In this document: positions 1-14,454 of the stretch, in pieces
Position numbering within the stretch: position 1 is the first letter of the stretch
Layout of the letters: every line of letters begins with the position of its first letter
Origin: Eledone cirrhosa
Lineage: Eukaryota
Reading direction: 5' to 3'
Assembly (NCBI GenBank): GCA_964016885.1
Contig: OZ024741.1
Coordinates: 170,934,001-170,998,000, forward strand
DNA: 64,000 nt
The notes under the pieces: generated by a model
The model's database searches: none
Told to the model about the DNA's origin: nothing
The model's input: the letters and a program-made list of their open reading frames with translations, nothing else
Made by a program: the position numbers and the translations under genes

Positions 1-69
1 CTTTACAGAAATGTGACATAAACGACATATTATTTTCCAACTTGTGACTTGAAGAACTCTATATTGTTT

Positions 70-427
70 GTTTAATGAGATATCTCAACTCCAATACTAC
101 AGGTATGAGGTTACAATGTCTCAGGAAAGAATCGCTGTACAGATTTTACGGGCAAAGTCATCGGACAGGAGACGCACTGGTTGATCCCTAGCAAGGTGTT
201 TGGATAACATCCATGATCTTGGTTGGTTTTATTTGGGGATCCAGGCGAATCAATTGTGAGACGATGGCTTCTGACAGGATCCGCTGGAAGATGTGTTTGA
301 GGACTCTGCTCTCATGAGCCTCCCAGGAATACGTGGGCGAAGAAGAAGAAGAAGAAGAAGAAGAAGAAGAAGAAGAAGAAGAAGAAGAAGAAGAAGAAGA
401 AGAAGAAGAAGAAGAAAAAGAAGAAGA
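70..427 (+). mobile_element. Degenerate 3' end of an RTE-clade (Rex3/Expander-like) LINE with a (GAA)n tail
   Basis: Alignable by eye to the reverse complement of 60610-60790 (shared TTGGATAACATCCATGA and AAGAATCGCTG). Ends in (GAA)n at 339-427. Confidence 0.65.
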
Positions 428-599
428 ACGATTATAAAATGTTGGTATTATATGCTTTCATCACACTACCTCTGTTGACAGTGTTCCTTTGTATTATATT
501 TCAACAATTATCCATGAACTTTGACCAAATTCTATATCAATGGAATATCTTGCTCGGCATTGAAAACGGTTTTAGTATAAAACTATAAATCATTCACAA

Positions 600-1480
600 A
601 GATATTACAGGTTAGATTGGTTTCTCATACTGTTGTAGACTAGCATATAACCACTATTTTCGTAAATGAAATGACAATGACTTTAGTGCCGACATAAACT
701 GAAGCGCTCTCATTGCAGTTTTTTCCTTGAAATATTTATAACATCGCAGTTGCAAGTATCAGCTACAAGTGTGGAGCTTGTTGACCAGTTTTTTCCTGGT
801 GGCTGCATATATGACAGCAGGAACCTTTCCCAAATGCAACGGGTACAGTAACTATGGAAGGAGAATAGAATCAATTGCTGTTTTGTTTTTGTAATTAAAC
901 CATGCTGTCACAAGTTTTCTTAGGTCTTTTCTTACCTTTGACAGCACAAATATACTTATTACTAGTTGGTAGGCAGATACGCGCATTAACTTCTTTCCTC
1001 GTACCTGACAGGATATTGGTGGACTCGCAAGTATCTCAGGAGAATTGGTTGAGGCAGTTTTTGTTAGGTTTGTACATAACGTTTAGGCAAGCAATGGGCT
1101 TAGAGTTTTTTTTTACCAAATCAGCTTACATTCTTCACTACATGGTGAGTATGTGATATTTCAATCTGTTCCTCAATGGTTCTTTTAAATATACATGTCA
1201 GTAACTCTCTGTAAAACGTCAACCTCTTGTATTAGCATCTAATTATTAGGTCATTTTTTGACGATGTTTCATTATATAGCTTCCCCATAACTTTGGTGAA
1301 AATATAAAAATCAATTGTATAAATTTTACTGTTTCTGGGTTGCATTTAGCCATGATGAATTCTGATTAGAATCTTCCTTCGTTCCAGGTCTTAGAGCAAA
1401 TTGCCTTAAACTTTCTTACGAAGATAATATTTTCTTCGATATAAAGTACCAGGATGAAATGGAAGTATGATTAATGCCGA
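600..1480 (-). pseudogene. Highly decayed Penelope-like element fragment (RT C-terminus and GIY-YIG region)
   Basis: Frameshifted minus-strand peptides YFHF..IEENIIFVRKFKAICSKT (~1380-1470) and TCNCDVINIS..NCNE..VYVGT (~685-760) resemble PLE thumb and GIY-YIG motifs. Confidence 0.35.
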
Positions 1481-2541
1481 CCTGTACAGTCAAGGCTAAA
1501 TATTTAAAACCAGCCTACATTTTTAATAAAAGTGACGGTAACATATCATAAAAGAAAAATCAAATATAATATGCCAAATGCATTAAAGCTGTTTTCTCAG
1601 ATATCAATTTCACTATGAACTACTAGTTTGCACGCCGAACGTTTCCATTGACGAGCGACTAAATACGACGAAGCATACTAGAGATAGGAGCGTACGATAT
1701 TCCTGCGAAAGATCTTCAGTTCATAGTCATTAATATTGTCTACTAAGGTGTTTACGCTGAATGGTGCTCTACATTACATAGACACAACGTTTCAATGGTA
1801 TTGAAGTCAGTGCTATCTCTCTTGTGTTGTGACTGTAACCTTTTAAAGGTATTCTTGCATACTCTTTGCTCTGTAGAAAGGAGGACCAGGGTGCATGAAT
1901 ATCACATCATTCTGTGTGGATGTGTATTTTCAGTTTGTGCTTCAACATTTTCAGTGCCTGGATGGTTGTTTCATTTTCTGTATGGTGTCTTTTTCATCAA
2001 AACTTTTCCATAATTGAAAGATTTTTAATTTTCGCTTCGTGCTCTTTTACTTTTATCTATGATTATTTCTCACAGCGAGTTTTTCACTTAGTCGCTTGAG
2101 TTTGGATTTAAAATTGCTATGCGTTATTTTCAGAGAGCCGTGAACATGCAGATATTGATTGTCAAGTAAATCTCACCAAATCTTTGCAGGTTTTCATATA
2201 TTCTCTATTGATATCATCAATAAATTTTAACATAAATCATGGTTGGTTTCCTCCTTACGCTCGACAAGGAAGGGATGACATTGAATGACAGCTTAAGGAA
2301 ACGAAACAATTATTTTCAAACTATGGTTTAAGTTGCATATATTTCACCGTATCCAGCGGCATTTATGTCAGAGCAGTTACACGTGGAGATATTGATATAC
2401 GAGTGTTGAGCGACGCTGATAACGATGGCTGTTTGCTTACGTTCTGATCAGGGGCTTCACTGGTAGATATTGACATTTTCAAACGCTCAACTACAGTTAC
2501 AGAAGCTAGAATAAGAAATATATTTGACAGCCGTTTTTCAA

Positions 2542-2817
<276 letters not shown>

Positions 2818-3278
2818 ATGTTATACTTTGTGAAGGTCACGCTGCCAATAAAAACACACACACCTGTTAGTTTTCACTTCAATTTATTATACATTTCCGG
2901 TTGCTTTGTTGGTTGGCTGGTTCAACAATCGGATGGTTGTTTATATATTGTCAAAGCTCTTTCGTCACACATATATATAGTAATTTCCGGAAATGGCTAA
3001 CTGTTCACAGGGTGCTTCATATAGGAAAATTCGTTTATTTATTCTTACTATACTCTATCATTTAACTTAAATAGACCTTCCAAACAAGTCAACTCCGATT
3101 ATCCGATCGATCCTTTAAGTCACTCCTAGGCATACTCGCTTGATAATAGGTTTTAAACCCGAAATATTTGGGATCATTAAATTTGCTAAGGTTAGATTCT
3201 TTTGTTATTTCTGCGATTTAATTTTCTTTCTAATGCATTGTTAGGTTTTCAAAATTATTTCAATTTGTGTTTCATATA

Positions 3279-3319
<41 letters not shown>

Positions 3320-3327
<8 letters not shown>

Positions 3328-3601
3328 TAAAATAACAGATTAAAGTTTAAGCAAAGAATAGCTGCTTTCACCCTTAACGGGATCTTCTGAAACTAAAAAA
3401 TCAATCTGGGAACGCAGAAATAATTATTTCAAAAAATGTTGCAACCGAAGGAAGATAGGAAGACGATATTTTGGTTCGTGGAAACGTTCCCCGGCAAAGA
3501 ACGGATAAAGACAAAGTCATGCTCTACGGTTCTTATATATTTGATATATATTTATCCTTATTGAGCCCTCTCTGTATTTTAGTCCTCAAATTTATTATTA
3601 T

Positions 3602-3605
<4 letters not shown>
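3320..3605. mobile_element. Small non-autonomous repeat family D (other copies 32070-32222, 33329-33600, 34195-34305)
   Basis: Shared AATAACAGATTAAAGTTTAAGC..GGGATCTTCTGAAAC..TGTTGCAACCGAAGGAA. 3525-3605 is the reverse complement of 33329-33410. Confidence 0.75.
3344..3394 (-). ncRNA. Hammerhead-like motif, family D, variant core
   Basis: Minus strand AGTTT CAGAAGA TCCC GTTAA GGGT GAAA GCA..TGC TT AAACT. All three stems close, but position 4 is A and 10.1/11.1 is U.U. Confidence 0.45.
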
Positions 3606-3699
<94 letters not shown>

Positions 3700-3709
3700 A
3701 TATATATAT

Positions 3710-3795
<86 letters not shown>

Positions 3796-3930
3796 CACAC
3801 TTATTTGTGTATGAATATATTTCAATAATTCTCTGAAGGCTCAATTTTAATTGAATTCTATCTTGAGCTGTCTTTAGAGACAAGCCATAAGTTTGATTTT
3901 GTATCATTCATGACACTCTTTGCTTTGAAA

Positions 3931-3963
<33 letters not shown>

Positions 3964-4014
3964 TATATATATATATAAAAGAAGAATTTAAAAGATGATT
4001 AAAAATGTTCCATA

Positions 4015-4084
4015 TATTTTATTATGCGCATTTCGTAAACAACATCGTCCTGGGACAAAAATTGTGTTTTCATCAGATAAAATA
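4015..4084 (-). ncRNA. Type I hammerhead ribozyme, family A
   Basis: TATTTTAT CTGATGA AAACA..TGTTT AC GAAA TGCGCA TA ATAAAATA: 8-bp stem I, canonical core, palindromic minimal stem III. Confidence 0.7.
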
Positions 4085-4247
4085 AGTTAACATGATATGA
4101 GGCCTAAAACACTTTCAACAGGAAGTGCAAAGTCCTACATATGACCGAAATATAAGAGTAAGAAAAAGAAAGGAAAATAGAAGAAAAGGAAAGAAGGAGA
4201 AAAAGGAAAAAGAAGGAGAAGAGAGCAAAAAAGGAAAAAAGAAAGAA

Positions 4248-4319
<72 letters not shown>

Positions 4320-4624
4320 TTTGATCAGGAATGCTGTCAAAATGAAACTAGCTGTAAATAACGGTTAAAAAGTAAATTGATGATGTGTATGTGCGAATAT
4401 TATAGATGGTATTCAAATATTAGAGGTCTAATAACTTGGTATATTATTTTATATCTCTCTCTCTCTTTTTTTCATGTTTTGCTCTCTTCTCCTTCTTTTT
4501 CCTTTTTCTCCTTCTTCTATCCTTTTCTTCTATTTTCCTATGTTTTTCTTACTCTTATATTTCTGTCATATGTAGACTTTGCACTTCCTGTTGAAAGTGT
4601 TTTAGGCCTCATATCATGTTACCT

Positions 4625-4691
4625 TATTTTATCTGATGAGAACACAATTTTTGTCCCAGGATGTTGTTTCCGAAATGCGCATAATAAAATA
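4625..4691 (+). ncRNA. Type I hammerhead ribozyme, family A
   Basis: TATTTTAT CTGATGA GAACA..TGTTTCC GAAA TGCGCA TA ATAAAATA. Predicted cleavage after A4683. Confidence 0.75.
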
Positions 4692-4809
4692 TATGTAACT
4701 TTTTTAACCATCTTTTAATTTCTTCTTTAATATATACTCCAGTTCTACCAACTGTTGAGTGCTACTTATCTGATATATGCATAGTTTTATTGTTCTACAA
4801 TATTACTCA

Positions 4810-4844
<35 letters not shown>

Positions 4845-4868
4845 GATATTAATAAGTGGAAACTAAAT

Positions 4869-4980
<112 letters not shown>

Positions 4981-5269
4981 AGGGGGAGAAATAAACATAC
5001 ATACATTAGTACAGGAATACACCTATGGACATCCACCGATTTCGACGTTTCATGTTCTATTTCTTCGATCAACGGTACAGCCTAATCAAGAAATTAACTT
5101 GTAAATAGCAGATTATGCCACCGATTCTTGTAATCTTAACCTAATACTCATCCATCTCAGTTAGTGTGTGATAAGTCTGAACTTTTAAATAAAGTACCGT
5201 CCATCCGACAGGTTTTCGAAACAAATTTCATTTACCCAATTCCATTCATAAACTGCACGTCAACTCGCG

Positions 5270-5355
5270 GCTCTGGTATGTTACGCCTTGGGATCGAGTC
5301 CGGGACATTCCTATTGCAAAACAAACCTTTAAATCACTCAGTCATGCTACGTCCA
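5270..5355 (-). mobile_element. Degenerate tRNA-derived SINE head
   Basis: Minus strand has A-box-like TGACTGAGTGATT and B-box-like GGACTCGATCCC at tRNA-like spacing. Confidence 0.35.
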
Positions 5356-5485
5356 CACTCATATATATATATATATATATAAATGAATATATACATTCGT
5401 TTTATTTCGATACGTATGTATATATCTATGTTAGCTCCTGCGTATGTACATGTTTATGCGTATATGTGTTTGTGTGGGATTGTGC

Positions 5486-5948
<463 letters not shown>

Positions 5949-6239
5949 CAGTGTCAGACTAAAGAAAGTTGCAGAATTGAGTAACCACTGCGTGTGTTGA
6001 TTTAACTGAATTACGAACACCGGCTAGTCATAGACAGTCTATTTAATTAAGTTAATCAAATTAAACGGACGATGTTTGATTTAAATCTGTCGCTTCATTC
6101 TTTATTAAAGCATAACATCAAAAGTGAATATTGATAATGCGAAAGTAATCACACACACACACGCACACGCACATATATATATATATATATATATATGTAT
6201 TTGTGTGTGTATGTCATTACTCTCGCATTATCAATACTC

Positions 6240-6284
<45 letters not shown>

Positions 6285-6433
6285 GAAAAAACGAAGAAGT
6301 CTCATTTACATATGAAAAATATTTATCGCATATCGGCCTCTTATGCGCGTTTCGCAGAAGATTGGCTCAAGGTGACCTATTGGAGTTATGGACCGGATTC
6401 TAGTATCGATCTGGTCTTGACACTGGGGATACG

Positions 6434-6472
<39 letters not shown>

Positions 6473-6646
6473 CTGCAACCCGTTACGCAATATTGGGCTC
6501 CCGAATAATATTACCGTTATCAATTAAGATGTGTTCCTTCTATATCGTACTCCTGCCAAGCTGTTCACTCTTGTTCTAACAACATCACCTATTTATAAGT
6601 CTCAAACTACTTTCTCTATATGTATCTAACAATTCATTCGCCCACG

Positions 6647-7330
6647 TCATCTACGTCTGTTTTCACTCCTTACATTTGCCAGTGACATAACACCTTGACG
6701 AATTTCGTGTAAATTTTCTGATGGTGGAAAGATTCTAAAACTACAGATAACAAAAACTGGCCATATATCTTTCCAAACATCATTATTAGCTGAAGGTTTC
6801 ACTTCACTCCATGACACTGACATGGAATTCACATGACTCATAACTTTGGAATTTTCCGTAGTTATGTTACCTTAGTTTTAACCTCGCTATCAATTTTTTG
6901 TATGAAACACCTTCTTAGATAATATTCATTGAGGTTCAGCAGCGCACATTGATCCATTGGATGAAGAAAGATGATATGTTGTTTAGTATATGTTGCACCT
7001 TCGCATTTTTAGACAGATAATTCAATTTTACTTGGTGGCTTTTTGACTTGTCTAAAAGTAGCATTGATTTGTTAGAAATAGTATGCCCAGCACTCTAATT
7101 GTGTAAAGCAGGGACAAAGATGCTGAGCTTAGCCCTTGAAAGCCAGTCAGATTTCAGAGTGACACACGCTCTACAATCATTTGATGGCATCTTTTTACTC
7201 ATCTTGAATAAGGGTAATGCACTATAATGTGTGCGAATGTAGTTAAGTTCAACAGCAGCGGCAACAAACAAAAAAAATCCACAAATTGTAAAATACCACA
7301 ATCAGAAAAAAAGGACTGATGTTTGGCATG
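6647..7330 (-). pseudogene. Tigger/pogo DDE transposase relic
   Basis: Minus-strand peptides in the expected order: SNDCRACVT..FVP, KSMLLLDKSKSH (cf. LLLDNAPGH), HPMDQCALLNLNEYYLRR (cf. QPMDQGVI..FKAYY), SWSEVKPSANNDVWKDIWP. Confidence 0.7.
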
Positions 7331-7508
7331 GCAACAGGTACTAGTCTCAAAACTATGAATGTCAGAAAGGAAAGAAGAAACCGAAAGAATTGGAAGAATA
7401 AAAGAGTAGGGATAATTGCATGATTAAATTTAGTCGAAAATAGTGTATGCACAAATTCGAAGAATCAATGAAAAACACAGTCAGTTGAATTGCTGCACGG
7501 ATTCCTAC

Positions 7509-7641
<133 letters not shown>

Positions 7642-7642
7642 C

Positions 7643-7735
7643 CTATCTGCTGATATGCAAATCTGGCTTATCGGTGGGTCTGCTAATATGCAGATCTGAC
7701 TGATCAGGCAGTCTGCTAATATGCAAATCAGATCG
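7643..7735. repeat. Three-copy ~32-bp minisatellite
   Basis: TCTGCT(G/A)ATATGCA(A/G)ATC at ~7646, 7679 and 7711. Confidence 0.75.
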
Positions 7736-7806
7736 AACAGTCACTGCATATTTCAGAAAATATCCTATATTTTCGCTAGCTCCGACAATTGTCAGGTAAG
7801 AATCAC

Positions 7807-8407
7807 TTACCAGTGCTGGGCCCACGGCACCATGCGACAACAAGTGCAGAGAGATCTCCATATATAAAGCAATGCATGTGCAGTGAAGCTTTTATAGTGA
7901 ACAAAGGCACTGCACAAAGCCAGTCCAACTCTCTTAACCAAGATGATATTTACCAAAAAGAAGAACAAGTGAACATACATACATACATACATGGTGGCTG
8001 CCAACTCGTTTTCGAGTACGGCCACTACTTTATATCCATGTAGGAGAACACCTACCAATGCGCTGAACGAGTGTGACTTTTTAGTCCAGCCAGCGACTTG
8101 AAAACTCTGGTACAAACACTACACCTGTGACAATTATTGACACAGTGCTGGGCCCATGGTACCATGTGACGACAAGTGCAGAGAGATCAGAGATCTCCAG
8201 ATATAAAGCAATGCCTGTGCCGTGAAGCTTTTATAGTGAGCAAAGGCATTGCACAAAGCCAGTCCCACTCTCTTAACCAAGATAATATTTACCAAAAAGA
8301 AGAACAAGTCAACATCGTTGGATACCATCAGGGTTGCAGGTGTTATATCAGAGTTTTCCTTCTCCTAGAATTCTGCCTTGACAAAGGCTAAGGGGTCATC
8401 TCTCCCA
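7807..8407 (-). mobile_element. Non-autonomous bipartite RTE derivative (7973-8407) plus partial tandem duplicate (7807-7972)
   Basis: Head resembles the RTE 5'UTR at 14610-14702. 8052-8123 encodes [23 protein letters not shown]. 3' end GGCCGTACTCGAAAACGAGTTGGCAGCCACCAT followed by (GTAT)n. Confidence 0.8.
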
Positions 8408-8460
8408 GATACATACATACATACATACATACATACATACATACATACATACATACATAC

Positions 8461-10310
8461 ATTAAGGCTTTACAGTTAGCTAAAGTCCCACAACCATTGG
8501 TAGCTGCTGTTGAACGCCTGACCAAGAACTGGTACACCAATTTGATCCTTAGAGGTGAGAAGGAGCAGGTTAAGACTGATAAGATACATTACCAGAAGGG
8601 CATCTTTCAGGGTGATAGCTTGTCAGTGCAACTTTTCGTTCTCTCACTGAATCCACTATCTTACCTACTCAGGAAACAAGGTGGACAAAGAAGTGGGCCC
8701 AGAAGTATCTCCCATCTTTTCTTTGTTGATGACCTGAAGTTGTATGGGCCAAATATCAATGACATCAACAAACAATTGGACCTCATTACACAATTTTCAA
8801 CCGACATCAAAATGAAATTTGGTGAGTCCAAGTGTGCATATTTGGCAGCAAAATGTGGAAGAGCTGTGCCCTCCTCTGGAAATCTAGAGATGAACGCCCT
8901 GACAATACAACCTCTGCAGTCAAATGACAGGATGAGAATGTCAGATATGATGGACCCATAAATAAAGAGAGAACCAGAACTGAATACCTCAGAAGAGTAA
9001 AGAAAATATGGTCATCAGAACTGTCAGCATACAACAAATACATTGCCCACAATACTTATGCTGTGCCAATTCTAACGCCAACATTTGGCCTGCTGAACTG
9101 GTCATTGCAAGAACTAAGTGAGATGGATGTTAGAACTCGAAAACTTCTCAGTGTTACTGGGAACTTTAACATCAATCGTGATGTGGATAGGCTATACTTC
9201 TCACGCAAGGAAGGTGGCCGGGGTCTAAAATCAATATTAACAACATATGAGACCCGGATAGTAACACTGAAGCAACACCTTCAACAGAGGAAAAAGGTTG
9301 GCAACCATCTTGTCCAGGTTTATGAGCATGAAAAAAAAAATCATTAGAATAGCGACTGATCTAGAGGAGAGATATGGAATAAAGCCTGATATAAATCTCT
9401 CACCCAGAGAAATCGGAAGATCCTATTCAATGTTCAAACAAGATAAAAAAATTGACCAATTTACAGAAAAGGTTGTGCATGGATACGTGAGGCGTAAAAC
9501 ACAGACCAAAGAGGGGATAAACCACTCAAAAAGCCTGGCACGGAGTTCCGACAAGTTTATGACATCACACATTGAGGGATATCTCTATGCAATACAGGAA
9601 CAAGAACTCCCTACCAAATATATGCTGCACAAAAGAGGAGGGCCAGCAGCTGACAATAAATGTAGGCTATGTAAAACAAAGATCGAGGATGTAAGCCACA
9701 TTGTTGCCAGCTGCGAAAGAATGTCATCTCGCTACTACCTCCCCGTGAGACACGATGGGATAGCTAGAACCATCTGGAACGCACTTCGGAAAACAAAATT
9801 AACAACAAACGAGGAAGAATTTATTGAGATAGATGGCACTAAGGAATACTGGTGGAACCTCAAAATAAAAACTGCCACCAAATTAAAGCACAACCGGCCT
9901 GATATTGTTGTTTGGGACCACACATTGAAAACGTGTTCTTTTGTGGAGATCAGCTGCCCACTTGATGGAAACGTTGTCAGAAAAATAGAGGAGAAAGACA
10001 TCTACGGACCATTGATGAGGAGTTTACAAATCCAGTATCCAAGATACACCTTTAGCTTCATACCCATCATTATTGGAGCTACGGATTATATACCAACCCG
10101 CTTGGAACAAAGTATGACTGAACTTGGATTAGCGGACAAAAAGCGCAGTTCCCTAATTCATAGTCTACAAATGGCTGCGATAGCTGGCACCATGAAAATT
10201 TGCAAAACATTCTTGCGATTCAAGGGATGACAATTTCTTTTCTTTTACAACCTTGCCACCAGGAAGGTGGCCGGTCAAAAACATATAATCGAAATTAAGA
10301 GAAAGAGATA
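8461..10310 (+). mobile_element. 5'-truncated R4/Dong-type LINE (RT, CCHC, restriction-like endonuclease), frameshifted
   Basis: GIFQGDSLS and HLFFVDDLKLY (RT); CRLCKTKIEDVSHIVASC (CCHC); RHD, NRPDIVVWD, VEISCP (RLE); stop at 10230. Flanked by (TACA)n at 8409-8460 and 10311-10345. Confidence 0.9.
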
Positions 10311-10416
10311 ACATACATACATACATACATACATACATACATACATGATGGCTGCCCCCTCGTTATCGAGTATGGCCATTGCACAATAAGAAAAAAAAAA
10401 AAAAAAAAAAAAAAAA

Positions 10417-10458
<42 letters not shown>

Positions 10459-10489
10459 AAAAAAAAAAAAAAAAAAAAAAAGGGAAAAG

Positions 10490-10522
<33 letters not shown>

Positions 10523-10644
10523 TATACACATATATATATATACACATATATATACACACACACATACATACACATACATACATATATACACACACACATA
10601 CATACACATACACTCACACATATATACACACATACATTAATAAC

Positions 10645-10693
<49 letters not shown>

Positions 10694-10772
10694 GCAATAA
10701 TAATAATAACGACAACAACAATAATAATATACATATTCATATATATATACACACACACGCACGCACATAAGC

Positions 10773-10816
<44 letters not shown>

Positions 10817-13800
10817 GATAGCAACTAACAGTGCTGCGATCGAATGTGGCTTTTTAGCCCAGCCAATGATCTAAAATGTCTTGCACAGAGTCGGCAACCA
10901 AAACATTTACTGGGAATAGTCGGCTGTGGTTGGAGTTCGTGTACTTTTGCATGTCGCTTGAGTCCTCCTGCTGATTTACATTCTCTACCACATGTTTGGC
11001 AAGCATGATGAGTAGCATCTCCAACAGCAGCCTGGTAGTCAACCACTGGTCTTACTTTATGACTGCGAAGATGACTTTCGAGTCCAGCTTTGCTTAGGCA
11101 GAGTCTCGCACAGACGCTGCATGTCAGAAACATAGGAGGACCCTCGCCGTCTGGAAGTGCAACAGCAATACCCTTCCTCACGTCCCGCCTTACTTTCTCG
11201 TGTGCGATTCGAGATGCCTCAAAGGCAACTTTTCCCTCATATACAGTCTTTCTCCATTTACTACGATCAGCAGCAATATTTTCCCATGTATCAGCAGAGA
11301 TGTTAGCGTCTTTCAGAGAGGCCTTCAAGGAATCCTTATACCTCTTCTTTGGTTTATGTGGCGGTCGTTTTCCTTTAACCAACTCTCCATAGAAGAGTTG
11401 TTTTGGTATTCTAGAATCCTTCATCCTGGCAAGGTGACCACTCCAACGGAGTCGCTGCTTAAGCACAAGAGCTTCTATACTGTCACACATAGAGCTTTCC
11501 AAAATCTCGACATCACTGATGTGGTCCCTCCAGTGAACGCCATGTATCCGTCTGAGACACATCTGATGGAAACGCTCCAATTGCTTAAGGTGGCGTCGAT
11601 ATGTGACCCAGGTCTCGCAGGCATAAAGAAGACAAGAGAGTACACATGCCCTGTACACCCTTACCTTTGTCCTCCTGCATATGTCTCGCCGACCCCAGAG
11701 TCGCCTTTCTAGCTTTCCGAAAGCATCACTTGCTTTCCTAATCCTAAGTGAGATTTCACTGTCAAGGTTGCCGTATCGATTGACAGTGCTTCCCAGGTAG
11801 ACAAATTGATCAACCACTCCAAGTCGTTTGCCATACACATAGATGTTTGGTTCAGTGTACTGCCTACCAGGTGCAGGTTGGTACATGACGACGGTTTTCT
11901 TGAGACTGACAGTCAAACCCAGGGCAGTGCAAGCGTCAGAAAATACATTCAAAATGTGCTGCATATCACTCTCTGTGTGCGCTACAAGATCGCAATCATC
12001 TGCATACAAGAGGTCTCTTATGACTGATGTAAATACTTTTGTCTTCGCAGCAAAGCGCCTGATGTTAAATATGCTGCCTGAGGTTCGATATCGGATGTAA
12101 ACACCATGCTCGCAATTCCTGAATGCAATACAGAAAACCATTGCAAAGTATATGGCAAACAGGGTCGGTGCTGGAATATCCCCCTGTTTCAATCCATTTT
12201 TTACTGAGATAGGCTCCGACATGTTACCTCCGACATTAACCCAAGCCTTCATGTCGTCATGGAAAGACCTAACTAAAGCAAGGAACTTATCAGGGCAACC
12301 AAGTTTCTGGAGAACCTTCCATAATGCATCTCTGTTGACAGTATCGAAAGCCTTTGTCAGATCGACAAAAACCTGATACAGATCCAAGCCCTGTTCAATG
12401 CACTTCTCCTGGAGCTGTCTAGCTGAGAAGATCATATCAGTAGTGCCGCGTCCAACACGAAAACCAGATTGACTTTCAGGAAGGACACAATCTGCAATGT
12501 GTGTCAGCAGACGGTCCAGAAGCACCCTACATAAAACTTTCCCCACGACAGAAAGCAATGATATACCTCTGTAGTTCCCACAATCATTCCTGTTACCCTT
12601 TCCCTTGTACAAGACCACCATTACTGCATCTCTCCAGTCCTCAGGCACGGATTCATTAGCCCATATCCTTCCAAACAGAGAGTGAAGATGTTGCAGGAGT
12701 CTCTCACCACCATATTGTAGGAGCTCAGCATGTATGCCATCCATACCTGGAGATCTTCCACTGTTCAGCTTCGAAATAGCCACTGCAACCTCCACAAGTG
12801 TCGGAGGTTCTGCGAGAGCTACTTTCACAGGACTTTCCGGAATGAGATTGAGGAAATCTTCACTGACGACAGACGGCTGATTCAAAAGATCATCAAAGTG
12901 CTCTCGCCACCTTCGTAGAATTCCCTGTGAGTCACGAAGAAGTTCTTTGCCATCCCTGCTGCGAATCGGTGTCACCAGAGAAGAAGACGGTCCATAAACC
13001 TCACGCAAGAGACTGTACAACAGCTTTGTGTTATTGCAATCAGACGCAGTTTGTATCTCACCAGCCTTCTCACTCCACCACTGATCCTTCATCTGAGAAA
13101 GACTCCGCCTAACACGTGATTTTACATCCCTGAGCTCCTCATGCAACGTATTCCTCTCCTGTGGTTTTGCCGTCAAGTAGCGTGACAGAGCGCGCCTCTT
13201 ATCAGCCAACAAGTCATCTATATGCACATCTTTCTCATTAAACCAGTCCTGATGTTTTCTCTGCACCAATCCCAGAACACGTCTGCCTACATCATAAACC
13301 GACTTTTTAAGGGTCGGCCAATCCTCACCAAGATCTGCAGCCTGCATCTCTTCTTCCAATGTCCTCTTCACATTTTTATCCTTAAGACGAGCAGCATTCA
13401 ATCTTTTGGGCAGGGTAACACCAGGAGCCCGGATTTTACGTTTGGTGATTAGATTCACTTTTGCGCGTACCAGGCGGTGGTCCGTCCAGCACTCAGCTCC
13501 ACGAATAACACGAACACACTGCACATCCTGTCTGTCACGCATCCTGACTAGGACGTAGTCCAAAAGATGCCATTCCTTAGATGCAGGATGCATCCATGTG
13601 GTCTTGAATTTGTTCTTTTGTTGGAACATGGTGTTGGTAACACACAGATCCAGCTCCTCACACATCTGCAGCAAGAGCATACCATTGCTGTTACACTTTC
13701 CCACCCCATGCCTTCCGATTACATTCCATGTGTTAAAATCCCTACCCACTCTAGCATTAAAGTCACCAAGCACGATGACTTTGTCTGCCTGAGGGATATT

Positions 13801-14378
13801 TCTTAAAACACCTTTCAAGGCATGGTAAAAGGACAGTTTTTCTTCATCGACAGAATTCATAGTTGGAGCATACACACTCACCAGGGTAGCATATCTTCCC
13901 TTGTCCAGCGGAACTCTCATGGACATAAGACGCTCACTAATCCCCACTGGGAATTCTTCTAATTTATTCACCAGTACAGTCTTAACAGCAAATCCTACCC
14001 CAGCCTCTCTTCTGGTTCCTTCATCTCTTCCTTTCCAGAAGAATGTATATTCTCCACAAAATTCCGTAAGATGACCATCTCCAGCTAACCTCGTCTCAGA
14101 CAAAGCCACGATGTCAAGATCGTAACGTCGAAGCTCCTTCGCAACAAGAGCGGTCCTTCGTTCAGGACGCTCCAAAGAATCCCTGTCAAGCAGCGTCCGT
14201 ACGTTCCAGCAGCCAAGACTAAATGCCCTGTTTGGCTCTATTACAATGGCACGATGACGGGCGGGCCCAGGTTGTGATAACTTGGGGCCCCTGCCCTTAT
14301 TGCCAATGATCCTTTTTGTTCCAGAACCCAAATTGGCAATTATCTCGTTTACATTGTTCTGGAACATCATTGAATTGG

Positions 14379-14411
<33 letters not shown>

Positions 14412-14416
14412 TAATA

Positions 14417-14454
<38 letters not shown>

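Larger units (their letters stand above)
3976..4727. repeat. Inverted repeat with ~280-bp arms (3976-4260 and ~4455-4727), repeat family A
   Basis: Arms are diverged reverse complements (GGCCTAAAACACTTTCAACAGGAAGTGCAAAGTC / GACTTTGCACTTCCTGTTGAAAGTGTTTTAGGCC). Each arm carries a hammerhead. Confidence 0.9.

Noticed and set aside
1795-2013. 72-aa ORF faintly like a PLE GIY-YIG domain
   Set aside because: Catalytic motifs are not recognisable.
6335-6375. GAAACGCGCATA half-hammerhead on the minus strand
   Set aside because: No CUGANGA-like core or stem I partner upstream.
7643-7735. Short repeat-spacer pattern as a CRISPR array
   Set aside because: Three degenerate units with ~12-bp related spacers, eukaryotic context and no cas genes.
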